DNA of 64,000 nt from contig CAMCEE010000009.1 of assembly GCA_945873815.1 (NCBI GenBank), positions 218-64,217 on the forward strand, read 5' to 3'. Source of the DNA: an uncultured Bacillales bacterium. Its GTDB lineage: Bacteria > Bacillota_I > Bacilli_A > RFN20 > CAG-449. Of the stretch, positions 50,084 to 59,277 are shown piece after piece. The notes beneath the pieces were generated by a model that saw only the letters and a list, made by a program, of their open reading frames with translations, was not told the origin of the DNA and searched no databases. Made by a program: the position numbers and the translations under genes. The stretch's first letter is position 1. Each line of letters opens with the position of its first letter.

Positions 50084-51208
50084 ATGAAATATTTTATCTA
50101 TATTATTGGTCTCATCGCATATATCGGTGCGTTCGCATTATTAACTAAATTAATATATAAAATTGTAAAACACAATTTTAAATTAAAGGAATGGATAATT
50201 CTTGGTCTTATCTATCTTTTTGGATTATTCCCTTTGTTCGCAGCGATTGATTATCTATTTCTCTTGCACCTTCCTTTTTTTGAATTTCTTGCAAGTGTCG
50301 GTTTCACTATCGCTGGATTTTTAATCTATTTTATCCTAATTATCATCTTATTTGGAATTATAGTATTAATTTATAACCTATTATTTAAAAAACATAAGAT
50401 TAACATCAAATCAAAATCATTTAATATCATCTCTCTAGTTATAATTTCATCCCTATCAATTGGAATCTGCATTTTTGGGTTTGTTGAAGCAAGAGCTTAT
50501 AAAATCGAAACTACATATGTTGAAACGAATATTGAGGATTTAAAAATCGTCACTCTTGCAGATATCCATTATGGAACGACATGTTCAACATTAAATGAAA
50601 AAAAACTAATTGAAAAGGTCAATTCTACTAATTCAGATATTATTTTTCTTGTTGGGGATATTTTTGATAACCATATTAAATCGATGAATAAAGATAAATT
50701 CACTTCATTCATTAATTCCTTTTCCTCTACATACGGTACATATGCAGTTCTTGGAAATCATGAGCTCAAACAAAATTCATTTGAAGATGCAGTTTCATTC
50801 TATAGTAAATCAAATGTTAGATTATTACTCGATGAAGAAATAATTATCGATAATAAAATAAGAGTAATCGGACGGATAGATAAATCTTATAAAGATAGAA
50901 AAGAATTATCTAGTATTGCTTCTTCCTCCTCTTTACCATTAATCGTCCTTGATCATCAACCATCTTCTTATAAAGAATCTATAGATATAGGAGCTTCGAT
51001 TCAATATTCAGGACACACGCATAATGGCCAATTATTCCCTTATAATTTCATTGTCGATATCTATCATAAAATCAAATATGATTGTCCAATTAATGGAACG
51101 AATAAATACGATGATTTCTATTTGATTATTAATCGTGGAACATCAAATTGGGGCTTCCCTTATAAAACAACTGGACCATCGCAAATATTAATCACAGAAA
51201 AAAAATAA
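50084..51208 (+). CDS. Membrane-anchored calcineurin-like metallophosphoesterase
   Basis: About 5 N-terminal TM helices, then LADIHYG, GDIFD, GNHE and GHTHNGQ. Confidence 0.8.
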   Translation: MKYFIYIIGLIAYIGAFALLTKLIYKIVKHNFKLKEWIILGLIYLFGLFPLFAAIDYLFLLHLPFFEFLASVGFTIAGFLIYFILIIILFGIIVLIYNLLFKKHKINIKSKSFNIISLVIISSLSIGICIFGFVEARAYKIETTYVETNIEDLKIVTLADIHYGTTCSTLNEKKLIEKVNSTNSDIIFLVGDIFDNHIKSMNKDKFTSFINSFSSTYGTYAVLGNHELKQNSFEDAVSFYSKSNVRLLLDEEIIIDNKIRVIGRIDKSYKDRKELSSIASSSSLPLIVLDHQPSSYKESIDIGASIQYSGHTHNGQLFPYNFIVDIYHKIKYDCPINGTNKYDDFYLIINRGTSNWGFPYKTTGPSQILITEKK

Positions 51209-51284
51209 ATAATATGAAAATTTTTATTATTTTTTATCTTTATATATATTAATATTAAAAAAGTTTATAAATGGAGGAATTACT

Positions 51285-51968
51285 ATGGATGCATTATATA
51301 TTACATTAATTCTACTCGCTTCACTTATTATCGGTTACTTATTTGGTTCGATATCTAGTGGAATCTTGTTAGGAAAAATACTCTTTAAAAAAGATCCTAG
51401 AGATTACGGATCTCATAATTCTGGAGGAACAAATGTAGGTAGAACATTTGGAAAGAAAATTGGGCTTATTTGTATCATTCTAGATATTTTAAAAACAATT
51501 ATACCAATTTGGATAGTTTACTTCACTTTATCATATACCGGATTAGCAAGATTCAATATCACTGAATATGCATATCTTCTCACTTGCATATCTAGCTTAC
51601 TAGGTCATTGCTTCCCCGTTTGGTATAACTTTAAAGGAGGTAAAGCAGTATCTTCATTTGCTGGAGTTTTAATCGCAACATCATGGTTTTTAACTATCAT
51701 CGGTTTAATAATATTCATCATAGTTTTATTAGCATCAAAGAAAGTTTCTCTCTCATCAATTATCACTTCCTTTACTAGCGCACTTTTATCATTATTATTG
51801 ATCGTTCTTCCACCTTATTTTATGAATTTTTCCTTAGCTTCTGGAGTCTTATATACTCTAACATTAATTATCAGTTCATTATTCCTAATCTATCGTCATA
51901 AGGAAAATATTGTTAGACTATTAAAACATGAAGAAAGAGAGGTTTCTTTCTTATCAAAGAAGAAATAA
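51285..51968 (+). CDS. plsY: Glycerol-3-phosphate acyltransferase PlsY
   Basis: 227 aa membrane protein with GSHNSGGTNVGRTFG and the FKGGKAV motif. Confidence 0.9.
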   Translation: MDALYITLILLASLIIGYLFGSISSGILLGKILFKKDPRDYGSHNSGGTNVGRTFGKKIGLICIILDILKTIIPIWIVYFTLSYTGLARFNITEYAYLLTCISSLLGHCFPVWYNFKGGKAVSSFAGVLIATSWFLTIIGLIIFIIVLLASKKVSLSSIITSFTSALLSLLLIVLPPYFMNFSLASGVLYTLTLIISSLFLIYRHKENIVRLLKHEEREVSFLSKKK

Positions 51969-52002
51969 ACGTTTTAGTAAATTTTTAGTATATTTCTAGT
52001 AG

Positions 52003-52680
52003 TTATTTAACATTAATAACTACTTTTTTTCTTTTTATGATTGAAATAACTAATAAGGTAATACTTATAAATACCACCGAACAAGCAATTAAAATTCCAC
52101 AATTCATAAAGAAAGTTTGAGGCATAACTTTAATTATTTCATCTATAGAAGGATCAAATAGCCAGTTTGTTTTACCTGGAAAAAATATTGCGTGAAATAT
52201 TTCAAATGCCCTATCAAAATCAATTGAAGCAAGAACTACAATTATAATTGGAATAAGTATTGTGATAATGCTTGTAAAAAAATATGGTTTAAATTTGAAA
52301 TACTCAACTAATTGGATAATCTCTTTTTTAGAAAGGATAATAAGTGTTATAACAATTAGAAACGATACAATTAAAACGATTAGGTTAAGATTGAATAATA
52401 CTTTGCAATCTGCAAAATGATTATAGCCTTCGGTAGTATAATTTAGTTCCCCTGTTCCAAATGGAGTAGATAAAGTTAAATAATTTAAAACCTGATCATA
52501 CGCTTCTTTAATCGTTTCGTAGGAATAACCTGTAAGCTCCTCCATATTCAATGTTTTAATTTGTAGATAATAAAATGGTCTAAAATAAATAGGAAGGCCG
52601 ATAGAAAACGTTATTATTAGGAAAAATAACGATATAATAAATAGAATTGTTAAGCTGTGATTCAATACTTTTTTTATCAT
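52003..52680 (-). CDS. lit: DUF1461/TIGR01906 membrane protein (lipoprotein intramolecular transacylase Lit family)
   Basis: 225 aa, 4-5 TM. The C-terminal pattern FEIFHAIFFPGKTNWLFDPSIDEIIKVMPQTFF matches the family signature as I recall it (FH.lFF.nd.W.FDp..D.ii..lP..FF). Confidence 0.65.
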   Translation of the reverse strand: MIKKVLNHSLTILFIISLFFLIITFSIGLPIYFRPFYYLQIKTLNMEELTGYSYETIKEAYDQVLNYLTLSTPFGTGELNYTTEGYNHFADCKVLFNLNLIVLIVSFLIVITLIILSKKEIIQLVEYFKFKPYFFTSIITILIPIIIVVLASIDFDRAFEIFHAIFFPGKTNWLFDPSIDEIIKVMPQTFFMNCGILIACSVVFISITLLVISIIKRKKVVINVK

Positions 52681-53393
52681 ATAGTACTCCTTTTTCTTAT
52701 CTTATCATACATTTTATCTAGCGAATTAACAATGAGATATTGTGATGGCAAATAAAACATCCACATAGCAACGCTTACAAAGCTATATAATATGTTGTTA
52801 TTCAATACGAATTCTAGATTATTTAATCCAACATTAATATCGCATAAAATGAATAAAATAAAGCCAATAAATAATCTAATTCCATGTTTACTCTTCTTAT
52901 TGAAACTTGAAATGGTATTGATGATTAATAAGATAAAATATAATACGACAACAAAATATAATGGTTCAAATGACTTTAATATTATTGATATACTTAAAAT
53001 TAAAATAGAACAAATTAATACATACATAATTATATATGCACTTATTCTTTTTTTTGATGTATCATGATTTAGATAGATGAAATAATTGATTTGAGCGATA
53101 ATAAAAAAACTAACTCCAACGATAAAATGAGAATTTAAAACAAGTAAAAATAAATCTGCAAGAACTGTAAATAGATAAGCTATTCTAAAAGAGATATGTT
53201 CTATATCCCATTTTTTATAATTTAAAAAAGAATATAAAAACAATAGGATTATTCCAGAATATTTTATAAAAATTGTATTTATATCAAATGAAAAAATATC
53301 GATACTTAAAAAGATGATATAGATAAAAAGTTCTAATATCGATAAAGAAATAAAAGCGATTTTATTGAATAATAATTTGTTCTTCATATTCAT
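52677..53393 (-). CDS. YhhN-family (lysoplasmalogenase-like) membrane protein
   Basis: 238 aa, about 7-8 TM, with two YhhN-like segments (LFTVLADLFLL...GVSFFIIAQINY and GFILFILCDINVG). Its 3' end overlaps the lit start by 4 nt. Confidence 0.5.
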   Translation of the reverse strand: MNMKNKLLFNKIAFISLSILELFIYIIFLSIDIFSFDINTIFIKYSGIILLFLYSFLNYKKWDIEHISFRIAYLFTVLADLFLLVLNSHFIVGVSFFIIAQINYFIYLNHDTSKKRISAYIIMYVLICSILILSISIILKSFEPLYFVVVLYFILLIINTISSFNKKSKHGIRLFIGFILFILCDINVGLNNLEFVLNNNILYSFVSVAMWMFYLPSQYLIVNSLDKMYDKIRKRSTI

Positions 53394-53429
53394 AATTTAA
53401 AAAAATTCCAATAAAAATTGGAACTTCTC

Positions 53430-53660
53430 TTATTTGTATTGGTTCATGGATTTAATAACTTGCTTAATTTGTGCTTCACTTGGTTTTCTACCCATTTGCA
53501 TAAACATAGCTCTAATCATTTTTTCATTGATTGGAGGATTCTTTTCTAATTGTTTTTTAAATACTGCTCTTGCAATGAAGTATCCTGCGACTAATCCGCC
53601 GACAATACCAAGTACTAAATATAAGACTGATTCCCATCCAAAACTAAGTAGGACTACCAT
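53430..53660 (-). CDS. yneF: UPF0154 small membrane protein YneF
   Basis: 76 aa with one TM helix, then NPPINEKMIRAMFMQMGRKPSEAQIKQV, which is highly characteristic of YneF. Confidence 0.85.
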   Translation of the reverse strand: MVVLLSFGWESVLYLVLGIVGGLVAGYFIARAVFKKQLEKNPPINEKMIRAMFMQMGRKPSEAQIKQVIKSMNQYK

Positions 53661-53801
53661 ATTATTCTCACCTCTAACGATAATAATATTATCGCATTTT
53701 CAGCATTTTTACAATACAAATTGTTTTTTGAAAGACAATTATTAGATAAAGAACTAAATATGAGAACAAAGAAAATAATAATATACGTTTGTTTCTATAT
53801 T

Positions 53802-54290
53802 TTAAGAATGAAATTCTACTACAATTTCAAGATTTTCATCTTCTAGATAAGTTGTTGCTTCAGTAAAGATTATTGCAGCATCTTTTTTAGAAGGATTCTT
53901 ATTCTCTACTATGATATTTACTTCATTGTCATTAATTTGAACGAAAGAATGCGGGAAATTGATGGTTTTTAAAGCGTTTTGAAGACCTTTCTCTAAGTTT
54001 TGAATCTTATTAAGTTCTTCTATTTTTTTAAGCGCATTAGCCTTTTCTTCAATTGTACTCTCTTGAGATATTAAAATATTCGTATGTTCATTTTTTATAC
54101 TTAAATAATAAGATTCGCGTTCTAAAGACATCATTTCATAATATAGTGATGTCGCATCCTCAATCTTCGCATTTACTATACTTGACTTATCTTCATTATT
54201 TTGTTTTGGACTTGGAATAAGGACATAAGCCACAGATAAACAAACAACTAAACCAAATAAAGACAAGAAAGCAATAATTTGACGTTTCAT
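53802..54290 (-). CDS. SpoIIIAH-like membrane-anchored protein
   Basis: 162 aa. The N-terminal anchor MKRQIIAFLSLFGLVVCLSVAYVLI resembles the B. subtilis SpoIIIAH N-terminus. It has a helical middle and a C-terminal beta-rich module (VQINDNEVNIIVE...AAIIF). The assignment is from memory. Confidence 0.5.
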   Translation of the reverse strand: MKRQIIAFLSLFGLVVCLSVAYVLIPSPKQNNEDKSSIVNAKIEDATSLYYEMMSLERESYYLSIKNEHTNILISQESTIEEKANALKKIEELNKIQNLEKGLQNALKTINFPHSFVQINDNEVNIIVENKNPSKKDAAIIFTEATTYLEDENLEIVVEFHS

Positions 54291-54352
54291 ACACTAACCT
54301 CTCCTATTAATATATATTGATAAGTTAATATATTTATTCAAATATTCTTGTC

Positions 54353-54385
54353 GAAAAAAAAGAGGCTAATGATTTTTTAGCCTCT
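54353..54385 (-). terminator. Rho-independent terminator of efp
   Basis: AGAGGCTA (54361-54368) / TAGCCTCT (54378-54385). The A7 on the + strand gives a T run on the - strand. Confidence 0.85.
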
Positions 54386-54393
54386 AATTGATA

Positions 54394-54951
54394 TTATGCT
54401 CTTGAATCGTATGTTCCATCTGCAGTCATAACAATGATCTTTTCGTTCCTTTCAACGAATAATGGAACTCTAACCTTTAAACCAGTTTCACAGATTGCAT
54501 CTTTTAAAGCTTTATTAACTGTATCGCCACGTGTTGCAGGTTCACATTCTGTAACTTCAAGTGTTACTTTTGCAGGTAATTCAATACCGATAATGTCGCC
54601 TTCATATTCTGTAATAGTAACCATAGATTCTGGAACTAAGAAATTCTTTTCCCATTCTAATCTTTCTTTAGAAATAGAAACTTGATCATATGTTTCAACA
54701 TCCATAAATACAAATCCTTCACCATCATCGTATAGATATTGCATTTGCTTTTTTTCAAGTCTTAAAATTTCGATTTTATCTCCACCAATGAATGATAAAT
54801 CTAAAACATTACCAGTTTTTGCGTTTTTTGATTTAATCTTTACTTTCATTTTAGCCATTGCTGTCTTATTTAAATCAATATTGATGCAAATGTAAATTTG
54901 ACCTTCATATAAAAATGCATTACCTGGTCTTACTTCTGTACAGTTTACCAT
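54394..54951 (-). CDS. efp: Elongation factor P
   Basis: 185 aa: VRPGNAFLYEGQIY, three OB-like domains, and ICETGLKVRVPLFV. Confidence 0.93.
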   Translation of the reverse strand: MVNCTEVRPGNAFLYEGQIYICINIDLNKTAMAKMKVKIKSKNAKTGNVLDLSFIGGDKIEILRLEKKQMQYLYDDGEGFVFMDVETYDQVSISKERLEWEKNFLVPESMVTITEYEGDIIGIELPAKVTLEVTECEPATRGDTVNKALKDAICETGLKVRVPLFVERNEKIIVMTADGTYDSRA

Positions 54952-54964
54952 AATTAACTTCCTC

Positions 54965-55375
54965 CTAATACTGCCTTTTGTATTTTACTACATCTAGATA
55001 GAAAATAGAATAAAAATATAAATAAGAACAAAAAAATATGCAAAAAAGAAGTGAAATATGGCTAGAAAAAGACATTTTTTGAATATCTATATACCATGAA
55101 TAATATAATTCTACTAAGAAAAAAATAGAGATGGAAAATATTATCGTTACATATTGAATTTTAATCTTCACTATTTTTTTTATCTTAATAAAAGAAATGA
55201 GAAATAGTATAAATGCAAATATTAGACATTTAATAAGAAGATTAATCGACTTATCCTCATGGATAAACAATAAATATGAATTAAATCTTCCAAAATTTAT
55301 AATATAAAAAAAATCAAGTATTCCGTAAAAACAAATACTTGATATTATTGAAATTATTATTCTATCTTTATTCAT
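54965..55375 (-). CDS. Hypothetical small membrane protein (4 TM)
   Basis: 136 aa, very hydrophobic, with a 13-nt gap to efp. No recognisable motif. Confidence 0.4.
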   Translation of the reverse strand: MNKDRIIISIISSICFYGILDFFYIINFGRFNSYLLFIHEDKSINLLIKCLIFAFILFLISFIKIKKIVKIKIQYVTIIFSISIFFLVELYYSWYIDIQKMSFSSHISLLFCIFFCSYLYFYSIFYLDVVKYKRQY

Positions 55376-55379
55376 ACTA

Positions 55380-56033
55380 TTATTTTAAGTATTTTCTTAA
55401 ATATATATTCTTAGAAATTAGATTATTATAATCCATATCGTATCCATGTCCAAAATAGCAAACTGTATCCTTTTCGATATTTAATGAAGCAATCTTAATT
55501 AGAGATTTAGTCATGTTAGATGTAGAAGCGGTTGGTAAATCCGTTCTTCCAATTGATTCACAAATGATTGTATCTCCAAAAAATATAGCTTTTTCATTAT
55601 AAAAATGAAAAATTGCACTACCTTTAGTATGTCCTGGAGTATGATACAAATTAAAACTGATTCCTTCAATTATATTATTCCCTTCCATCAGTCCAATGAT
55701 ATTAGGTGAAGGAACGTATTTTCTAAATTCCTTTGTTCTATCTAAACAATGAGAAGCAAGATTTTTACTTGTTGAATATATTACATCAAGTTCATCTTCA
55801 AATGCATATATTTTCGTATTTGGATAATCGCTTATTATCTCATCAATTGAACCTATATGATCATAATGTCCATGAGTGCATAAAATAAATGATATACCAT
55901 TAATGGAATCAATGTATTCTTTCATTTTCTTATTATAACAACCTGGATCAACAATAAAATTGATATTATTTATCGAACAAACATAACAATTACACGAAAA
56001 ATAATCATTTGATATAAATTTCTTTACTTTCAT
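55380..56033 (-). CDS. MBL-fold metallo-hydrolase (glyoxalase II-like)
   Basis: CTHGHYDH motif, HTPGHT and FGDT. Confidence 0.8.
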   Translation of the reverse strand: MKVKKFISNDYFSCNCYVCSINNINFIVDPGCYNKKMKEYIDSINGISFILCTHGHYDHIGSIDEIISDYPNTKIYAFEDELDVIYSTSKNLASHCLDRTKEFRKYVPSPNIIGLMEGNNIIEGISFNLYHTPGHTKGSAIFHFYNEKAIFFGDTIICESIGRTDLPTASTSNMTKSLIKIASLNIEKDTVCYFGHGYDMDYNNLISKNIYLRKYLK

Positions 56034-56052
56034 AATAATAGTCCTTTTTTTA

Positions 56053-56076
56053 TCAAAAAAAGAGCGATACGCTCTT
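56053..56076 (-). terminator. Terminator of rpmG
   Basis: AGAGCG (56061-56066) / CGCTCT (56070-56075). The A7 on the + strand gives a T run on the - strand. Overlaps the rpmG stop codon. Confidence 0.7.
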
Positions 56077-56227
56077 ATTTCTTTTCTTTATGTGTAGTCA
56101 TCTTATTGCATTTTTTGCAATATTTCTTGATTTCCATTCTTTCTGGATGAGTTCTTTTGTTCTTAGTAGCTAAGTAATTTTCATCACCGCATTCTGTACA
56201 TTTTAAGATAATATCTTCACGTGGCAT
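56075..56227 (-). CDS. rpmG: 50S ribosomal protein L33 (zinc-ribbon form)
   Basis: Not in the ORF track (50 aa). My translation is [50 protein letters not shown], with RBS GGAGGTG upstream. It matches the L33 pattern C.EC..RNY.T.KN.R..PER.E.KKYC... Confidence 0.88.
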   Translation of the reverse strand: MPREDIILKCTECGDENYLATKNKRTHPERMEIKKYCKKCNKMTTHKEKK

Positions 56228-56296
56228 ACTTACACCTCCATTTTTACCTCTAAAATCTTAGCATAGATTGAAGCAAAATACTACTATTTTTTTTAT

Positions 56297-56692
56297 TTAA
56301 ACTAAAATATTGTTCATTTTTTTCTTAAAGTCTTCAATAAATGATTTTTCTTCAAAATAATCATCTTTAATTACTAAGCTTATCGCATAATCACAATAAT
56401 AATCTCTAGGTAATTTTACACTATTATCTAGTTTTTTTTCAAAAGTAATATGGAAGTAACCAGTGTTTCCATCTATTTCACGATTATAAAGTTCAATATT
56501 ATGAGAGATAAGTGAGATAATTTCTTTTTCATATGATTTATTATTAAATGAAATGATTTTCTCTATTTTATATCTTTTATCTAATTCATAAATCAATTGA
56601 ACTAATATTATTAAACGATAATCACCAAGAACCACATCTTTAGTATCTAAAAATATATCTTCATTAATCCCTGGAATATATATTTTACTCAT
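56297..56692 (-). CDS. Hypothetical cytoplasmic protein at the 3' end of the glg operon
   Basis: 131 aa from the ATG at 56692 (GGTGA RBS). No recognisable motif. 36-nt gap after glgA. Confidence 0.45.
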   Translation of the reverse strand: MSKIYIPGINEDIFLDTKDVVLGDYRLIILVQLIYELDKRYKIEKIISFNNKSYEKEIISLISHNIELYNREIDGNTGYFHITFEKKLDNSVKLPRDYYCDYAISLVIKDDYFEEKSFIEDFKKKMNNILV

Positions 56693-56728
56693 TAATATCA
56701 CCAATACATTATATGAAAAATAATAATA

Positions 56729-58153
56729 TTAGCCAATTGCTTCTAAATATAATGCGTAATATTCTTTATATGATTTTGACCATGAATTATTTAAAGACAT
56801 AGCATTATGGATGATTTTTGAATATTTTCTTCTTTGAGAATATAGGTTTAACCCCAATAATGTTGCAAGAAGGAATGAATCATGATCAAAGGCACTAAAT
56901 AAAATTCCATTTGCATCCTTTTCATTTGCTCCATTATATGAAATGATAGTATCCTTTAGTCCCCCTGTACTTCTTGCAATAGGTATAGTTCCATATCTTT
57001 GAGATAACATCTGCGTGATACCACATGGTTCAAATAAACTAGGCATAAGGAAGAAATCGCTAGAAGCAATGATTCGATGAGCCATCTCATTTGAATATTT
57101 TATTAATGCTTTTACGTGTTTTGGATAATTTGCTCCATAAAAAGATACACGATCTTCAATCTCTTTTTCTCCCGTTCCAAGAATTACTATATTTATCTTA
57201 TTCTTGATTAATACATCAAGTGAATCAAGGATTAGATTTATTCCCTTTTGCGAAGTTAATCTAGATACTACTCCAAGTAAAGGAAGGTTGTGATCAAATC
57301 CAAATTCCTTACATAAATCTTTTTTATTAAGAAGCTTTTGTGATAGAACATTTTCAATTGTATAGTTATGTTTTATGAATTTATCTGTATCGGGATTCCA
57401 TTCTTTTATATCAATTCCATTTAAAATACCTCTAAAAACAGATTTTCTTTCATTTAAAACATAAGATAAAGGATTGTTTTTATCTAGTAATAGTTCATTA
57501 ACAAAGCTAGGAGAAACGGTAGTAATACGATCTGCAGTCATAATCCCGGCTTTTAAATAACTCACGTTATTATTAATTCTTGTTTCCCCATTATCGAAAA
57601 ATATTTCGCTCAAATTGAAATAATTATATAAATCTTTACGATCAACTAAGCCTAAAAAAGCAGCATTATGAATCGTATAGATAAATTTTGGCCTTTTTCT
57701 CGATGATTTATGATAGAATTCACGATATAAAATAGGAATCATTCCCGTTTGCCAATCATGAATATGAACAATATTATAATTTAAATTAAGTTCATCAAAC
57801 ATTTTTAATGTTGCGATTTGAAAGAAAGCAAAACGTTCTTGATCATCTGCATAGCCATATAAATTCTCTCGATCAAAATAGAACTTATTTGCAATGAAAT
57901 AGAACTTTATATCGCGATATACACAAGAATAGATTTCAACAGGAAGAGTTCTCCAAGACATTTTAATATCGAAATTAGCTACAAGGTTGAATTCAACTTC
58001 TTTATTATCTTTTACCGCACGATAAAATGGTAAAACAATATTCACACTTTTTTTATTCACAACAAATTTTCGCGATAATGAATAGACTACATCTGCCAAT
58101 CCACCAACTTTACAAAATGGTAAAGCTTCGCTTGAAACCATACAAATCTTCAT
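56729..58153 (-). CDS. glgA: Glycogen synthase
   Basis: MKICMVSSEALPFCKVGGLADVV N-terminus, GT5 family, and C-terminal SLFEPCGITQM. Confidence 0.93.
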   Translation of the reverse strand: MKICMVSSEALPFCKVGGLADVVYSLSRKFVVNKKSVNIVLPFYRAVKDNKEVEFNLVANFDIKMSWRTLPVEIYSCVYRDIKFYFIANKFYFDRENLYGYADDQERFAFFQIATLKMFDELNLNYNIVHIHDWQTGMIPILYREFYHKSSRKRPKFIYTIHNAAFLGLVDRKDLYNYFNLSEIFFDNGETRINNNVSYLKAGIMTADRITTVSPSFVNELLLDKNNPLSYVLNERKSVFRGILNGIDIKEWNPDTDKFIKHNYTIENVLSQKLLNKKDLCKEFGFDHNLPLLGVVSRLTSQKGINLILDSLDVLIKNKINIVILGTGEKEIEDRVSFYGANYPKHVKALIKYSNEMAHRIIASSDFFLMPSLFEPCGITQMLSQRYGTIPIARSTGGLKDTIISYNGANEKDANGILFSAFDHDSFLLATLLGLNLYSQRRKYSKIIHNAMSLNNSWSKSYKEYYALYLEAIG

Positions 58154-59266
58154 TTAAATCACATCTCCTATTCCAACGTACAAAGGATGTTCTTTCGTCC
58201 CTTTTAATTCCTTAACATGGATAATTTTAGCTCCTTTATCAACTATAACATATTCTAATTTAGCATCTTCAGAAATATAAGCATTAGACAAAATAATTGA
58301 ATTATTTAAACATGCTCCTTTTTTCACTTCCACTTCACGACAAATAACTGAATTGATTACTTTACCATCAATAATTGCCCCATTTGATATATAGGAATTG
58401 CTGACTTCTGCATTATTTAAGTATTTTGCAGGTGGTGTATCATGAGTTTTTGTATAAATTGGCCAATCATCTCTAAAAATCTCTTTTGCTAAATTCATAT
58501 CAAGTAATTCCATACTTGTTTTCATATAAGATTCTAATGTATCGATTATTCTAATTTGTCCCTCGAATTCGTATGTATTAACTTTTGTAGTTAAACAAAT
58601 ATAATTAATAACATCTTTTAAAGAAAAGAATTTTGAGGTCTCATGAGAAAAACGAAGAATACTCTTCAATTTATCTATGTTAATTATATATGTCTCCATA
58701 GAAACATTAACTTCATCTTCAACACCTAAATTTTTTGAAATTTTTATCAAATTTCCATCCGAATCGATATCGATGATATCTTGATCAATATAATTATTTT
58801 TTGCATTATTTATTCGTTTATAAAGTAAAGTAATGTCGCTTTTTAACGATATATGTTCTTCAAGAACTTTATTGAAATCAAAACTATATATAATGTGTGA
58901 TGGAGCGATAACGACATATTTGTATTTTCCTTCATCAATCAACCACTCGTTTTCAAGGATATTATTAATATCAGTGTTGTATAAATTATTATTTGCATAT
59001 TGTTCATTATAACAAATAATCGTTTTCCCTAATTTAGTATTATTTGTATAAATCATCGCATTATCCATATGTTTAATCATACTTCTAGGACAACGATTCA
59101 CCAAAATTCCCACCGTATTAATATTTGAATTCGATAAATTGGATAATGGAATATCGACGAATGAATAACGTCCTAAAATCGTTAATGCTGCGAAAGATCT
59201 ATTTTTAACTATCTCACCTAAATTTGGGGATGAATGCAAATTAACTAAACCTAATACTCTTGCCAT
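58154..59266 (-). CDS. glgD: Glucose-1-phosphate adenylyltransferase regulatory subunit GlgD
   Basis: 370 aa paralogue of GlgC that lacks the GGxGxRL motif (LGLVNLHSSPNLGEI...RSFAALTILGRYSFVDIPLSN). Sits between glgC and glgA as in Bacillus. Confidence 0.85.
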   Translation of the reverse strand: MARVLGLVNLHSSPNLGEIVKNRSFAALTILGRYSFVDIPLSNLSNSNINTVGILVNRCPRSMIKHMDNAMIYTNNTKLGKTIICYNEQYANNNLYNTDINNILENEWLIDEGKYKYVVIAPSHIIYSFDFNKVLEEHISLKSDITLLYKRINNAKNNYIDQDIIDIDSDGNLIKISKNLGVEDEVNVSMETYIINIDKLKSILRFSHETSKFFSLKDVINYICLTTKVNTYEFEGQIRIIDTLESYMKTSMELLDMNLAKEIFRDDWPIYTKTHDTPPAKYLNNAEVSNSYISNGAIIDGKVINSVICREVEVKKGACLNNSIILSNAYISEDAKLEYVIVDKGAKIIHVKELKGTKEHPLYVGIGDVI

Positions 59267-59277
59267 AAAATATCCTC

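Noticed and set aside
53678-53694. A 17-bp palindrome, CGATAATAATATTATCG, just upstream of the yneF RBS, as a possible operator.
   Set aside because: It is a perfect palindrome but purely AT-rich, matches no known box I can name (not a Cheo/LexA box), and there is no second copy in the window. I cannot distinguish it from chance.
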